Shown here piece by piece: positions 23,273-35,523 of a stretch of DNA of 44,533 nucleotides. Position 1 is the first letter of the stretch; the number at the start of each line of letters is the position of its first letter. This stretch comes from Octopus bimaculoides (Eukaryota): contig NC_068986.1 in assembly GCF_001194135.2 (NCBI RefSeq), positions 62,862,614 through 62,907,146 on the forward strand, read 5' to 3'. The position numbers and the translations under genes were made by a program. Under the pieces are notes generated by a model. That model was not told the origin of the DNA, ran no database searches, and was given only the letters and a program-made list of their open reading frames with translations.

Positions 23273-23660
23273 ATGGCTGTGTGGTGAGAAGCTTGCTTTC
23301 GAACCACTGTGTTCTGGGTTCAGTCCCACTGCATGGCATCATGGACAAGTATTTTCTATTATAGCCTCTGACCGACCAAAGTCTTGTGAATGGATTTGGT
23401 GGATGGAAATTGAAAGAATGCCACATTGTATATATAAATGTGTGTGTGTGTGTGTGTGTGTATCTTTGTCCCACACAACCAGTATTGGTGTGATTTTGCC
23501 CCAATAACTTAGACGTTTGGCAAAAGAGACCGATAGAATAAATATTAGGTTTTAAACAATAAATAAATCCTAGTGTCAATTTGTTTGACCAAAACAGCCT
23601 TCGAGGTGGTGCCCCAGCATGGCCACAGTCAAATTACTGAAACAACTAAAAGATAAAGAT
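23273..23660 (+). mobile_element. tRNA-derived SINE copy
   Basis: Homologous to 12972-13400, with an internal (GT)n. Confidence 0.8.
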
Positions 23661-26600
23661 GTATTGTCAGAAATGAAGGAACCTCTACATAGTTACTCAA
23701 CCTCCTATAAACAGAGTTGCATCTTAGAATGTTTTCTTTGGTTTGGTGAGTGTGGTATGGAAGACGAGATGTGTTGTGTTGCCTATGAAGCAGCCCTGCT
23801 TCTCCACAATATTGGTATGGTCCAAAAGAAGGGTAAGTGATTGCAGGAGTAGGTAGAACACAGTGAACAGTCCAGTTCTATCTTAGAGACTCTAGTTCTG
23901 AGCTGGATTTTGAAGTTTATCCCCTAAACCTTCCCCAGTAATCAAAATCACAATTCAGAGTTAATACTAAGGGGAATTAAAAGAATTGGATGTTCCTGGA
24001 CTGAGCCTGAACATTAGAGTAGCTTTTCCCAGACCCATAGGAGGAACTGAACTTTTGAAACTAATGAAATACCAGTCACTTTCAATATTATCCTAATTAC
24101 AGCAGTAAGGTGTTGTTATTATTTAATCCTTCATTAAGAGACATGATAAAAAGCTATGTCTATCCTGTCTTTTTGCATACTGGGGACTACATTCCCTGAC
24201 ATGTCCCTCCTTATTCAAAATGCTAGGGTAGTTTGGTTGCTATTTCAAGCAGGCTGAGCAACTGTGTACTAAGGATAAACCTCATTGGTTTATCCTAAGT
24301 AACTTGTTTCTGCTGTTTGGACTCAACCTTTGAAATTGATTTCAAATTTTTACACAAAGTCGGCAATTTTGTAGATAAAGAGGATCTTTGTGGTTTTCAT
24401 CATTGTTTACAATTATCTTTAAAAAATTCTTTTAATGCATTATATAGATGTAGTTTTTGCCACTGAATCCGAATTTGTTATTCATTTATTCCAGAAAAAG
24501 TTTGCAAAAATGTTACAGGTGTTCAAAGTTTGATAATTTTCAGAATTTTCTGCCAATCAGAAAAAAACAGCTCATTCACTGCCTCTTGCATAAAGGGATG
24601 GGGGGTGGGTGACATCAGTATGTCAAAACATTAAACTAGCTATGCGAGCAAATTAAATATTTAAAAGCTACGAACAACCAACAGGAGTTGCTAGAAATAA
24701 CAGTCAAAACATTTTAAAAACAGTTAAAAAAATTCAAGAAAAATGTTTGCAATACACTGTAGGATTTTATAAAATAAATCTTTCTTGTATCTCCTCCACA
24801 TAAATTCACAAATATAACAGTCAACCATGCCCAGGTACTTTCAATTTGTTAAGTGTGAGTCCCATCTTTTTATGAAAAAATAATAATAGAACAAGTAGTG
24901 GTTACACTCCTTGTGTGCATGTTCAGCATCTTTGGTTACTATGGAAACAGAACTATTCTCAATGAACTATGGAACATGCGGTGCTTTTTTGCTTTGGTTA
25001 CTATAGAAACAGACTTCTTCACCGTGGTAACGTTTAAAATACTTGCTACTGATTGGCTAAAATACCCAAATTTTGTAAATTTTAAAGGCCAATAACTTTT
25101 TAATTATGGATTTATAGGAAAAATGAATTTCATTTTCATAATCAGTTTACCAAACTTAATCTCTATACCAAATTTGAAAACATTTGGAACAAAATTGTAA
25201 ACAGTGATGAAAACCACAAAGATCTGATAAAGGTGTAGGGATAGAGAGTGAGAAGAGGGTGAATGGGGAAAGGGTAAAGGATTACAAAATGCAAAAGTGT
25301 TAAGGAATTGAAGAGCAGCTTGAGGGAAAAAGTGAGTGTCACCTTTTCTCTATGACAAAAGGATGTCATATAGGCAAGGTGTAGAAAGTGGGTAGGGAAA
25401 GAGTGATAGATAAGTGAGAAGGTGTTGAAGCAGTAGGGGTGAGTATCAGATGATGCTTTTGCTAAGTTTCAGGTTAGAGGTGAGTTATGCATCCAGCCTC
25501 TATCATCACCACTAAACAAATTAGTAACTAATTAGTAACTTATCATCTGGTATACTGACTAGCTAGTAAGTAATAATTAAGTAACAAATAGTTTTGTATA
25601 GTAACAAATTATTTAGTAGTAGTACACTATACTATAGTTAGCAACTAATAGCCTGACATACTAATTAGTAACTAATAACCTGGTTTTCTAATTAGTAACT
25701 TGTAGATTTTCTAATTAAAAACTAATAGTCTAGTAATGTAACTAATTAGTGACAAACTGTACTAACTTGTTAATTACTATAAATTTCTATTTAGTCAAAC
25801 ATCAGTCATTTAGTCTTTTATTGTTGGGTGTTGGAAGTTGAAGATCAGGATTCTTTTATCTGCATATGTGGTTTTAAACACAGAACAGAATGTTAAATGC
25901 CTACTATTATGTAGAACTCACATTCAGAACCAGAATCCAGATCTTCTGGCAAGGCTGAGCAATGGACTTTCAGTTTGACTCCTTGAGCCACTTTTTGTTG
26001 CTTTTTTTCTCAAGGTCCAGAGGAGGCTGTGCCCAGCATCATAAGCTAAAAAAATCATTACTGAATTACAATGCTCCCACTGCTTACAATAGTGAGCTAT
26101 AACATATGCCATGGTAACAATTTACAATCACATTTACAGTTTAGTATTTACAGTTCAGTGACCAGAACCAACAAAAGTTAAGTGTTGTGTTACTTGACTA
26201 TGAGTTTATTGTGATATGAGTCACCAACTCTTCAGCTTGTAGACCAACACACTATTGACTCAATCATTTAGGGCTTTCATATCTAATATAATTTGCTAAT
26301 ATTATGTTTCACTCCAGGTCCGGCCTTACAGAGCAGGCCTGTTTCAGCTATGACTATCCTGTATCTTTAGGCAGTATGCATCCAGGACCACATTAGCCAA
26401 TGTATTTTCTGCCTCCTTTTTAATGTAATAAGTTCTGATTTGAGAGAGATTTGGTGGCTATTTCTAGTAGAGTAAGTAGCCAAATATAGACTCCCTTGCT
26501 GGCTCAAGTAAGTTTGTACATAACTGTGATAATTATAATTTACATGGAAATAGAAATGGGAAAATTGAGACATTCATGCTTCTGGGGTTTGGGGGGGGGT

Positions 26601-27364
26601 TGTAACCAAAGTGCCTTTGCTATCAAGTTATAAATGCAATCTTACTGCAAACTTACACACCCATCATAGGAATTTGATCACTGAAAGAGTGAAAACCATC
26701 TGTTTCCTGAAAATTCTAATCACTTTATTCTCCTAGTCCTTACACTGATAAAGTGCATCTGTTTTGCTTCACTTCCATTTCACATTCATACTGCAATCGA
26801 AACTTAATTCTTTTTGATGTCATTCTAACTAAATGGTCTTCAGTTTTGATGACTCAAACATTGCCACTGCCATCACCAAATTTTTACTACAGTCTCAGAA
26901 TGATTCACCGTTCCACTTGACTAGTAGCAGAAGCTACACTGTAACCAACCTCTAACCTTGCCTCAATGCTTGTCTATCTCAGCGCTTGCCATCTTTAATC
27001 TCTCTACTATAAATCCTAACGATGGATCTTTTGTTTTGCTTTTCTTCTTTTCCTCTCTTTTTGCATTATTTCTTTCTCCTCCTTTTTTCTTTCCCCTCCT
27101 TCTTTTCTTTCTCCTCCTTCTTTTCTTCCTCTCACTGGCTATTTACTTCAGTCCTTGTTATTGGCTGTTAATGACCGTTTCACATTCCAAAATTGCAATA
27201 AAAACAGATGTACAGTTCCACGGTTTGTAGCTAAAGTAAAAAGAGTCATTCAAGTAAACCAAGAGTGTAGGTTGGGGAAGGGACAGATAGAATGAAAACA
27301 TACAATTCAGTGATTAATGTTCAGTTGGAACTTTCAGAAGCTGTTAGATCTTTGATTTAAACAT

Positions 27365-27820
27365 ATGGCAACAGTGATAAATACAGCAGCAACTGCTGCT
27401 GCAACTGACAACACAAGAACCACCATTACCACTACCACCATCACTATCACCATTTTTGCCATCATCATCATCATCGCCATCACCACCACCACCACCACCA
27501 CCACCACCATCATCATCAGTAGCAGCAATAACATCCAGAGTGTAGTTCTTACAACTTGGTGTTTTTGGTGCAGACATATGAGAACAGCAACAACAAAAAG
27601 TAACAAAAACAGCAATGGCAACTGCAGCAATAATAGCAGTTGTAGTACTACCACCTTCACCATCATATTCAACACCACCACAACCACTGTCATTACTACA
27701 ATTGTTGTTACCACTGCAAATGTTAGCACCACAGTACCCACCATCACCACAACATCCCCCTCCCTATCACAAAACCCCTCCTCACCGTCATCATCTGCAG
27801 CAGCAGCAATGACAACTGGA
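27365..27820. repeat. Mixed trinucleotide low-complexity tract (ACC/ATC/AAC/AGC)
   Basis: Visible runs; the ORFs on both strands are homopolymeric amino-acid tracts. Confidence 0.8.
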
Positions 27821-28399
27821 TAGGAGTCACTCAATGTGCTAGAAATAGTTGTCAAATCTCCCTCAAATCACACATGCTTACAAAAAGAATAAGAACATAT
27901 TGAGTAATGTACACATTCCTAAATAAATTGTTTGATAAGATGATGGTGGGATCATGTCTGGAACGCCTTTGATCATTGGTTTGTTTAATCAAGTTCAAGA
28001 GAGAGGGGACAGGTAAACATTTGGCATGCAACACTTCTTATATTGGTATATTATTGTGAGAAGATTCTGATATTTCAGACAAAGAGAAAAGTTTTGGTGC
28101 ATCGTTTCTAAATGAGGCCTGTCTCTCCTTTTCTATCAACAATAAAGACAATAACAAAAACAAAATAGCAACAAACCAAATCACTTGCTCTATTAGAAAT
28201 AACAACTAAATATCTCAAAACCCACACCCTACCATCTTAAACAAAATTGGATAATATAACACCAAATATATTTTATCTGAACATAAATCAGGATGTCACT
28301 GCTGGACTACGTTTGATCATTGGCCAGCTCAATCAGAGTAAACAACAACAGTAATGATACAAAGCTAGTCATCTGTAGTGAAGGGAAGCTGATATGATA

Positions 28400-28640
28400 T
28401 CATCATCATCACCACCACGATCATCATAATTGTCATCATCATCATCATTGTTTTAACAGTCTCACTTCCATGCTTGCATGGACCTAATGGAAATTCATTC
28501 AGGCAGATTTTCTACAGCTGGGTGCCTTTCTACCACCAACCCTTGCTTGTTTCCAAGCAAGGTAATATTTCTACCTGACTGGGCATATTTTCGTGGAAAA
28601 CTGTAATAGATGACACTGGATGATAGTGACACTAAAAACT
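28400..28640 (-). mobile_element. Degenerate RTE-type 3' tail
   Basis: (CAT)n followed by TTCCATGCTTGCATGG..TTTCTACAGCTGGGTGCC, like the other RTE tails. Confidence 0.55.
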
Positions 28641-28979
28641 ATCACATGTCAAGACAAGGAAACACAAACAGCTCCCCACATACACATGCAACCATACATA
28701 CATACACACACATGTACATACGCATGCATGCACACATGCACGTGCGCACACACACACAATGATCTGTTTAAAGATTGAGGCACAGCAAAGTGAAGCAGAC
28801 CACACTTGATGACTAGATAGCATCACAACAGATAAATAATCTATTCTGTTAGTGAACAGTTCATCAATGAAAGGAAGTTCACTGGTGTTTGGTAATCCAC
28901 AAATCCAAGGGTATCTAAAATAGAGGAGAACTTTTAGCATAGTGTGATATAATAATAGAAAGACAAACAAATGGATTAA

Positions 28980-31900
28980 ATGGTCCCACTGCAATGTTTC
29001 ATCATTGTGGCTGGTGATTTCAATGGTCATGTTGGACGACATGCAGGGGGCTTCCATGGCGTACATGGAGGCTTCGGCTTCGGTTCCCACAATGAGGAGG
29101 GAACCAGACTGCTGGAGTTCTGTGATGCAAACGATCTTATGGTTTGCAATACCAACTTCAGGAAACCTGCCTGTCACCTAGTCACCTACCGTTCCAGCAG
29201 ACACACTAGCTAAATCGACTACATCCTCGCCAGAAATAGGGAAAGAGGGCGGCTTATAAATGCCAAAACCTTCNNNNNNNNNNCTAGCTAAATCGACTAC
29301 ATCCTCGCCAGAAATAGGGAAAGAGGGCGGCTTATAAATGCCAAAACCTTCCCTGGCGAAGAATGTACCCCTCAATACAGGTTAGTAGTTAGCGACTTCA
29401 GGATCAAGGCAAAATGGATGCCCAGAAGTAGACCAGCTTGGAGGAGAAGGGTTTGGAAGCTTAAAGATCCTGCAAATGGACAAAGATTTAGAGACATATT
29501 ACTCAAAACATTTGACGAAATAGAAGGGGATATAGCATCACACAACGTAGAAGACAATTGGAGGTTTCTACAGGACAACCTGCTGAGAGACACCAACCAG
29601 ATCTGTGGCTGGTGTAAAGTCCCCTCTCGACCCAAAGTAACATGGTGGTGGAACAATTTGGTTGACAGGGCTATTAGACAAAAGATACAGGCTTTGAAGG
29701 ACTGGAAGAACGGAGGTAGCAGAGAATTGTATCAGACTGCCAGAAGGGAAGCTAGGAGACAGGTTTACTTAGCCAGAGGGGAAGCAGATAAGAAAAGATT
29801 TGCCAATGTTCTGCGCCATGAGGACCAAAGACTTGAAGTATTTTGTGTTGCAAGACAGTGTGTGAGAGAGAATCATGATGTCATAGGTGAGAAATGTGTC
29901 CACTTGGATGATGGCTCACTTGCACTAAACATGGCTGCAAAGAGAGAGGTCTAGATATGCCACTATGAAAGGCTGCTCAATAAAGAGAATGAATGGGAGA
30001 AAGAGAGTCTGCCGCATATCGACCCAACAGAGGGACCAGCCATCCTAATTGACAGTACCTTAGTAGATAAAGCGATCAAGAGTATGAAGACAGGGAAAGC
30101 CCCTGGCCCATCAGGAAGCACTGCAGAGATGCTCAAAATATCTGGCAGTGTCAGCTATAGCCTAATGACCTGCATAGTTAATCAGGTGATACACGAAGGC
30201 GTTATACACAATGACTGGTGTAGCAGCACCATAGTCAACTGCTACAAAGGTAAAGGTGACGCTCTAGACACAAACAATTACAGAGGTATCAAGTTGTTGG
30301 ACCAGGTGATGAAGGTCACGGAGAGGGTCATAGCCCAACAAATTAGGGAGAGAGTCAGTTTAGATGAGATGCAGTTTGGGTTCGTTCCAGGAAAAAGCAC
30401 CACTGATGCTATATTTCTGGTAAGACAGCTGCAGGAGAAATACCTAGCCAAAGATGAACCTCTGTACCTGGCTTTTGTTGACATGGAGAAATTCCTTGAC
30501 AGGGTCCCCCGCTCCCTTATGTGGTGGTCAGTGAGGAAACTAGGGATAGAAGAATGGTTAGTGAGAGCTGTGTGAGCCATGTACAGAGACGCTGTCAGTA
30601 AGGTGAGGGTTGGCAATGAGTACAACAAAGAATTCCAGGTGGAGGTAGGGGTCCACCAAGGTTCTGTCCTCAGCCCCCTCCTATTTATCATAGTCCTCCA
30701 GGCTATAACAGAGGAATTCAAGACAGGATGCCCCTGGGAGCTCCTCTATGCTGATGACCTTGCACTAATTGCTGAATCATTATCAGAACTAGAGAAGTTT
30801 CAGGTGTGGAAGCAAGGACTGGAATCGAAGGGCCTTAGAGTCAACCTAGCTAAAACCAAACTCCTAATAAGTAGGAAGGTAGACAAAACACAGACCCTTC
30901 CAGGTAGATGACTCCTGCTCGATCTGTAGAAAACTAGCAAGATACTTTTTGTATGTGGCAAATGCTCAGGAGCAATAAACACTGAGAATGTGCAGAAAAC
31001 AACCTTTACCACACTCCAGGTGAAAAACTAGAAGTAGTTGATAGCTTCCACTGTCTAGGTGACCAAGTTTGTAACGGAAGAGGGTGCACTGAAAGTGTAG
31101 CTGCTAGAATAAGAATAGCCTGGGCAAAGTTTAGAGAGCTCTTACCTCTGCTGGTGACAAAGGCCTTTCAGAGTAAAAGGCAGACTGTATGACGCATGCG
31201 TACGAACAGCCATGCTACATGGCAGTGAAACATGGGCTGTGACTGCTGAGGACATGCGTAAGCTTGCAAGAAACGAAGCCAGTATGCTCCAATGTATGTG
31301 TAAGGTAAGTGTGCATACTTGACAGAGTGTAAGTACCTTGAGAGAAAAGTTAGACCTAAGAAGCATAAGTTGTGGTGTACAAGAGAGACGATTGTACTGG
31401 TATGGATATGTGGCAAGAATGGATAAGGATAGCTGTGTGAAAAAGTGCCACACCCTAGCAGTCGAGGGAACCTGTGGAAGAGGTAGACCCAGGATGAGGT
31501 GGTGAAGCCCGACCTTCAAACTTTAGGCCTCACTGAGGCAATGACCAGTGACCGGGACCTTTGAAAATATGCAATACGTGAGAAGACCCAGCAAGGCAAG
31601 TGAGAATATAATCTATGATCTCTGCCAGAAGTGTAGCCAGCTCACTAATCCATATCTTTACTCCATTGGACACTAAAAATCCTGCTTGCGAAGACCTGTT
31701 GAGGCAAGTGATTTTGGAATTTGAAATTTGAAATCTGAAATTGAAATCGAACTGAATTTGATGACTGGCACCCATGCCAACATCTCCTTCATTGGACACT
31801 AAACTCTGCTTGCAAAGACCTGTTGGGGCAAGTGGAATCGTAATTGAACCATACTTGATGACTGACACCACACCAGTGGAGCACTAACAGCACTGTCGCG

Positions 31901-32321
31901 TGTGTTCATTGCCAGAGCAGCTGTCTGGCTTCTGTGCTAGTGGCCTGTAAATAGCACCATTTGAGCGTAATCATTACCAGCGTTGCCTTCTAGCACTTGT
32001 GCTGGTGGTATGTTAGAAAATCATTTGAGCGAGGTCGTTGCCAGTACCGCTGGACTGGCTCCCGTGCAGGTGGCATGTAAAAAACACCTTTTTGAGCGTG
32101 GCCGTTGCCAGTACTGTGTGACTGGCCCTCGTGCCGGTGGCACGTAAAAGCACCCATTACACTCTTGGAGTGGTTGGCATTTGGAAGGGCATCCAGCTGT
32201 AGAAACTCTACCAGATCAGATTGGAGCCTGGTGCAGCCTTCTGGCTTGCCAGTCCTCAGTCAAATCGTCCAACCCATGTTAGCAAGGAAAGCAGACCTTA
32301 AACGATGATGATGATGATGAT
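28980..32321 (+). mobile_element. RTE-clade LINE, 5'-truncated within APE; the least decayed copy in the window
   Basis: VAGDFNGHVG; MKTGKAPGPSG..NNYRGIKLLDQVMKV..LDEMQFGFVPGKSTTDAIF; GVHQGSVLSPLLF..LLYADDL. Structured 3' UTR and (GAT)6 tail. Several stops and frameshifts. Confidence 0.95.
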
Positions 32322-33133
32322 ACATGTATATATATAGAAATATGAAAATAATATTTTTTGTCTGCATAAAGGCAGATTCGTATTCTCTAAGTTTCGTTAA
32401 ACGCACTCATTCCTGTAAACACTACTATCTTGTAGCTTAAACATTATTTGCAGACCTAATTATCAGCCTATTACCTCCCTTTAATCTTCCCTAACCTAAG
32501 TAGCTTACACATATCCAACCCACATTATAAATAAGTAAAATACATGTCTTACACAACCCTACCCCAACACACATTATCAACAAATAACTAATACACCAAA
32601 GCTACTTTCTACGCTAGCCTACCTTCTCCCTATAATTCTTTCCTGTTGAGAACTACCAACTCTTTTACACATTAATTTCCTCCTCTATCTTTTTCTTTAC
32701 CTTTTCATTGCCCTCCTCAGGCATAAATATTATTCCGATACTTTGTATTTATGTGCTTAATCACACTCTTACTAGATATAAATTTTACCCTCATTTTCAG
32801 CTTCCTCTGCAAATATACAAATTACCCACAACCTATAAGTTAGTGACACTTAGCTCCTATTAACCACACTGGCTATCCATAATTAAGGATAACTCCCTCA
32901 GATTACACCACCGGTCAACAAGCTAAACACGCAGACATGTGGAAGTCATGCTAATAACTAACTACGAGACTTCAGATTCAACCATCCTCTATTCTTCAAC
33001 TATCTCACAACGAACTTAATGAACTTTGAACACAACTAAAATGTAAGACTTTCAAATCATTGGACTTTTTTTTTTCTGATTTCTCCGTCTATCTTTCGCT
33101 CTATTCCCCTCTTTGTCTATCTCTGCCTTCTTC

Positions 33134-33178
33134 GTTCTGATGATGTCTACCATTTGGTACACAGAAACAGCTGTAAAC
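33134..33178 (+). ncRNA. Minimal type I hammerhead ribozyme motif (HHR7)
   Basis: GTT-CTGATGA-TGT(c)TACCA-tt-TGGTA(c)ACA-GAAAC-AGCT-GTA-AAC. Confidence 0.7.
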
Positions 33179-33434
33179 CTCCTCTTACTCTCACCTTGCT
33201 TAATTAATTAAATAATGGCTTTTTAGCACAACAGATACACTTTTATTTGTTGTTTTTCCTCCATTTTCTTATAATCTATATATACATTAAACCACAGTTT
33301 ACCTCTTAAATTACCTGCTGCTGTATACCTTATACCAAGGACCATACTTACTGAGGTGATTACCAGAAGTGCCTCCGGATACTTCTATTTCTTAGTGGGC
33401 TTAATACCTCTAACTTATACCTTACATGTATATA

Positions 33435-34596
33435 CAGCCTTGGCCAAAAGTATTAGGCCACCCCAATGTTTTGGGGTTCTGCTATCTCAGTGTTAATGAA
33501 ACCCGTGCACATGGTAGATTATAGTATATTTCACAATATACATTAGTTTTAATATCTGGTTGACCCTCCTTTAGCATCAATTACCGGTTTTATACTGTAC
33601 TGTACATATGCAACCAATTATGAGTAAGACCAACGTCCAAAATTAACTTGTTTCCTTGATTATTTCAGCGTTTTATGCTAAAATACATTGTAGATACAAT
33701 TAATAAACAGTAAAATGCCTAAAACAAGGGAGTTGAGTGAGTGTAAGCAAGGTCAAATCGTAGCTCATCATGAAGATGGAATGTCTCAAAGGCAAATTGC
33801 TCAGAAGATGAAATGTTCTTGATGTGTGGTGCAAACGACTCTCAAGCACTTCAGAGAGACAAAAGATGTGAAGACAATACAAAGAACAAGCAGAAAAAAG
33901 TTACATCACCTCATGATGACAGATCCATTATCTGTTAGTCACTCAGAAACAGAAGGAAAACATTGTTGGAGCTCTGTGCAGACTTCAACAAGGTGAGTAC
34001 TTTACAAATATCAACCAGAACCATTAGAAGACTTGTAGAGTACGGTCTGAAAGGGTGTAAAGCTAGGAAGAAACCATGGGTTTTTGAAGCGAATATGGAA
34101 AAACGTCTTCAATGGGCCAAAAGCTACACAAATTGGACCAGTGAGCAATGGTCAATAGTCATATGGTCTGATGAAAGTAACTATGAGGTAATCAACATAT
34201 AAACTTTATGTAACTGGTTTGTTGCTCAAAATATATATAAAAAAGTATCCAACATAAAACTGATATTATTTTTCAGGTTTTTAGTACATCTGGTGTAACT
34301 TTTGTGCATCGCAGAGTTGTGGAAATATTTAAGGCTGAATGTCTGGTACCAACCATAAAATATGGGAGTGGTTCTATCATAATGTGGACCTGCATGTCTG
34401 CCACAGGACCCGGAGAAATGTTTCTATGTCAGGGAATGATAAATTCAGCTACCTATGTTCCTATGTTATCAGGAACAGCCTTGGTCATAAAGCACTGAGT
34501 ACTCATGAATGGTTTGAGACACAGGATATTGTTCCCATGGACTGGCCAACTCAAAGTCCCGATCTAAATCCGATTGAACACCTATGGGGAAATCTA
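33435..34596 (+). mobile_element. Tc1-family transposon; left TIR present, 3' part deleted
   Basis: TA|CAGCCTTGGCCAAAAGTATTAGGCCACCCC is a Tc1-type TIR. No right TIR was found. Confidence 0.88.
33715..34596 (+). pseudogene. Tc1 transposase pseudogene with an 89-nt phase-0 intron (34188-34276)
   Basis: MPKTRELSE..SQRQIAQK..GLKGCKARKKP..VIWSDESNYE|VFSTSGVTFVHRR..CLVPTIKYGSGSIIMW..WPTQSPDLNPIEHLW. The second catalytic Asp region is deleted. Confidence 0.85.
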
Positions 34597-34815
34597 TATA
34601 TATATAAATTTAGTAAATGGAGTAAAACGTTGCCGGTGCCCCTGGGCTGGCTCTTGTGCAGGTGACACATGAGGTTTTTTTCGAGCGAGATCGTTGCCGG
34701 TGCCCCTGGATTGGCTCATGTGCGGGCGACACATGAAATCTTTCAAGCGGGATCATTGCCAGTGCCCCTGAAACAGCAAATGCCAGCGAGTTTAGGTGAG
34801 AGCTAAACTTCTGCA

Positions 34816-34978
34816 TTTCACAGCATCGGAATACTTCACAGCATACACAGGCGTACTGATATATATATTATATACTATAAAAATTTATGATTTATATGTA
34901 TTTATATATTTTTACATTATATTATATACATATGTGAGTGCACCTATGTATGCTGTGAAGTATTCCGATGTTGTAAAA
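34816..34978. repeat. Small foldback: 31-bp inverted repeats around an AT-rich spacer
   Basis: TTTCACAGCATCGGAATACTTCACAGCATAC (34816-46) vs GTATGCTGTGAAGTATTCCGATGTTGTAAAA (34948-78), 2 mismatches. Confidence 0.75.
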
Positions 34979-35055
34979 TATACTGAGTGATTAAGAACAC
35001 TGACCTTTGAAATTTGTCCTCTCTTTCTTTGTTTTATATATATATATACATACAC

Positions 35056-35217
35056 AACAAGCTTCTTTCAGTTTCAGTCTACAAAATCCACTCAAAAGGC
35101 TTTGGTTGGCCCGAGGCTATAGTAGAAAACACTTGCCCAAGGTACCACATAGTTGGACTAAACCCAGAACCATGTGGTTAGGAAGTGAGCTTCTTACCAC
35201 ACAGCCACGCCTGTGCC
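35056..35217 (-). mobile_element. tRNA-derived SINE, first half
   Basis: Reverse complement of 12972-13134. Confidence 0.8.
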
Positions 35218-35255
35218 TATATATATATGTGTGTGCGTGTGTGTGTAATATACAC

Positions 35256-35335
<80 letters not shown>

Positions 35336-35337
<2 letters not shown>

Positions 35338-35523
35338 CATCATCATCATCATTTAACATGCACTCTCCATGCTGACATGGGTTAGACAGTTTGACTGGAA
35401 TTGATAAACCAGAGAGCTGCATCAGATTCCAGTCTGATTTGGCATGGTTTCTATGGATGGACACCCTTCCTAATGCCAACCACTTCAAGAGTCTAATGGA
35501 GAGCTTTTATGTGACACTGTCAC
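35336..35523 (-). mobile_element. RTE-type 3' tail fragment
   Basis: (CAT)n plus TTTAACATGCACTCTCCATGCTGACATGGG..CCTTCCTAATGCCAACCAC. Confidence 0.75.

Noticed and set aside
25500-25800. Cluster of TAATTAGTAAC words (homeodomain-like sites)
   Set aside because: This is most simply a decayed AT-rich simple repeat, with no independent support for function.
25922-26045. Minus-strand segment with a good acceptor (TTTTTTTAG) and donor (GTGAGT)
   Set aside because: All three frames contain a stop. It could only be a non-coding exon, and nothing else supports it.
26192-26239. Hammerhead-like motif on the minus strand (CTGAAGA..TAAAC-TCATA-GTC)
   Set aside because: It lacks G12 and helix I cannot form.
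27334-27855. 152-173-aa Thr-rich and Val/Met-rich ORFs
   Set aside because: These are trinucleotide low-complexity sequence open on both strands, with no domain or splice evidence.
29205-29350. Tandem ~65-bp duplication in the RTE
   Set aside because: The two identical copies flank a 10-N gap, which is a typical contig-overlap artefact.
30278-30721. Antisense ORFs over RT regions (also 5825-6031, 22107-22453, 37518-37970)
   Set aside because: These are shadow ORFs on the opposite strand of RTE coding sequence.
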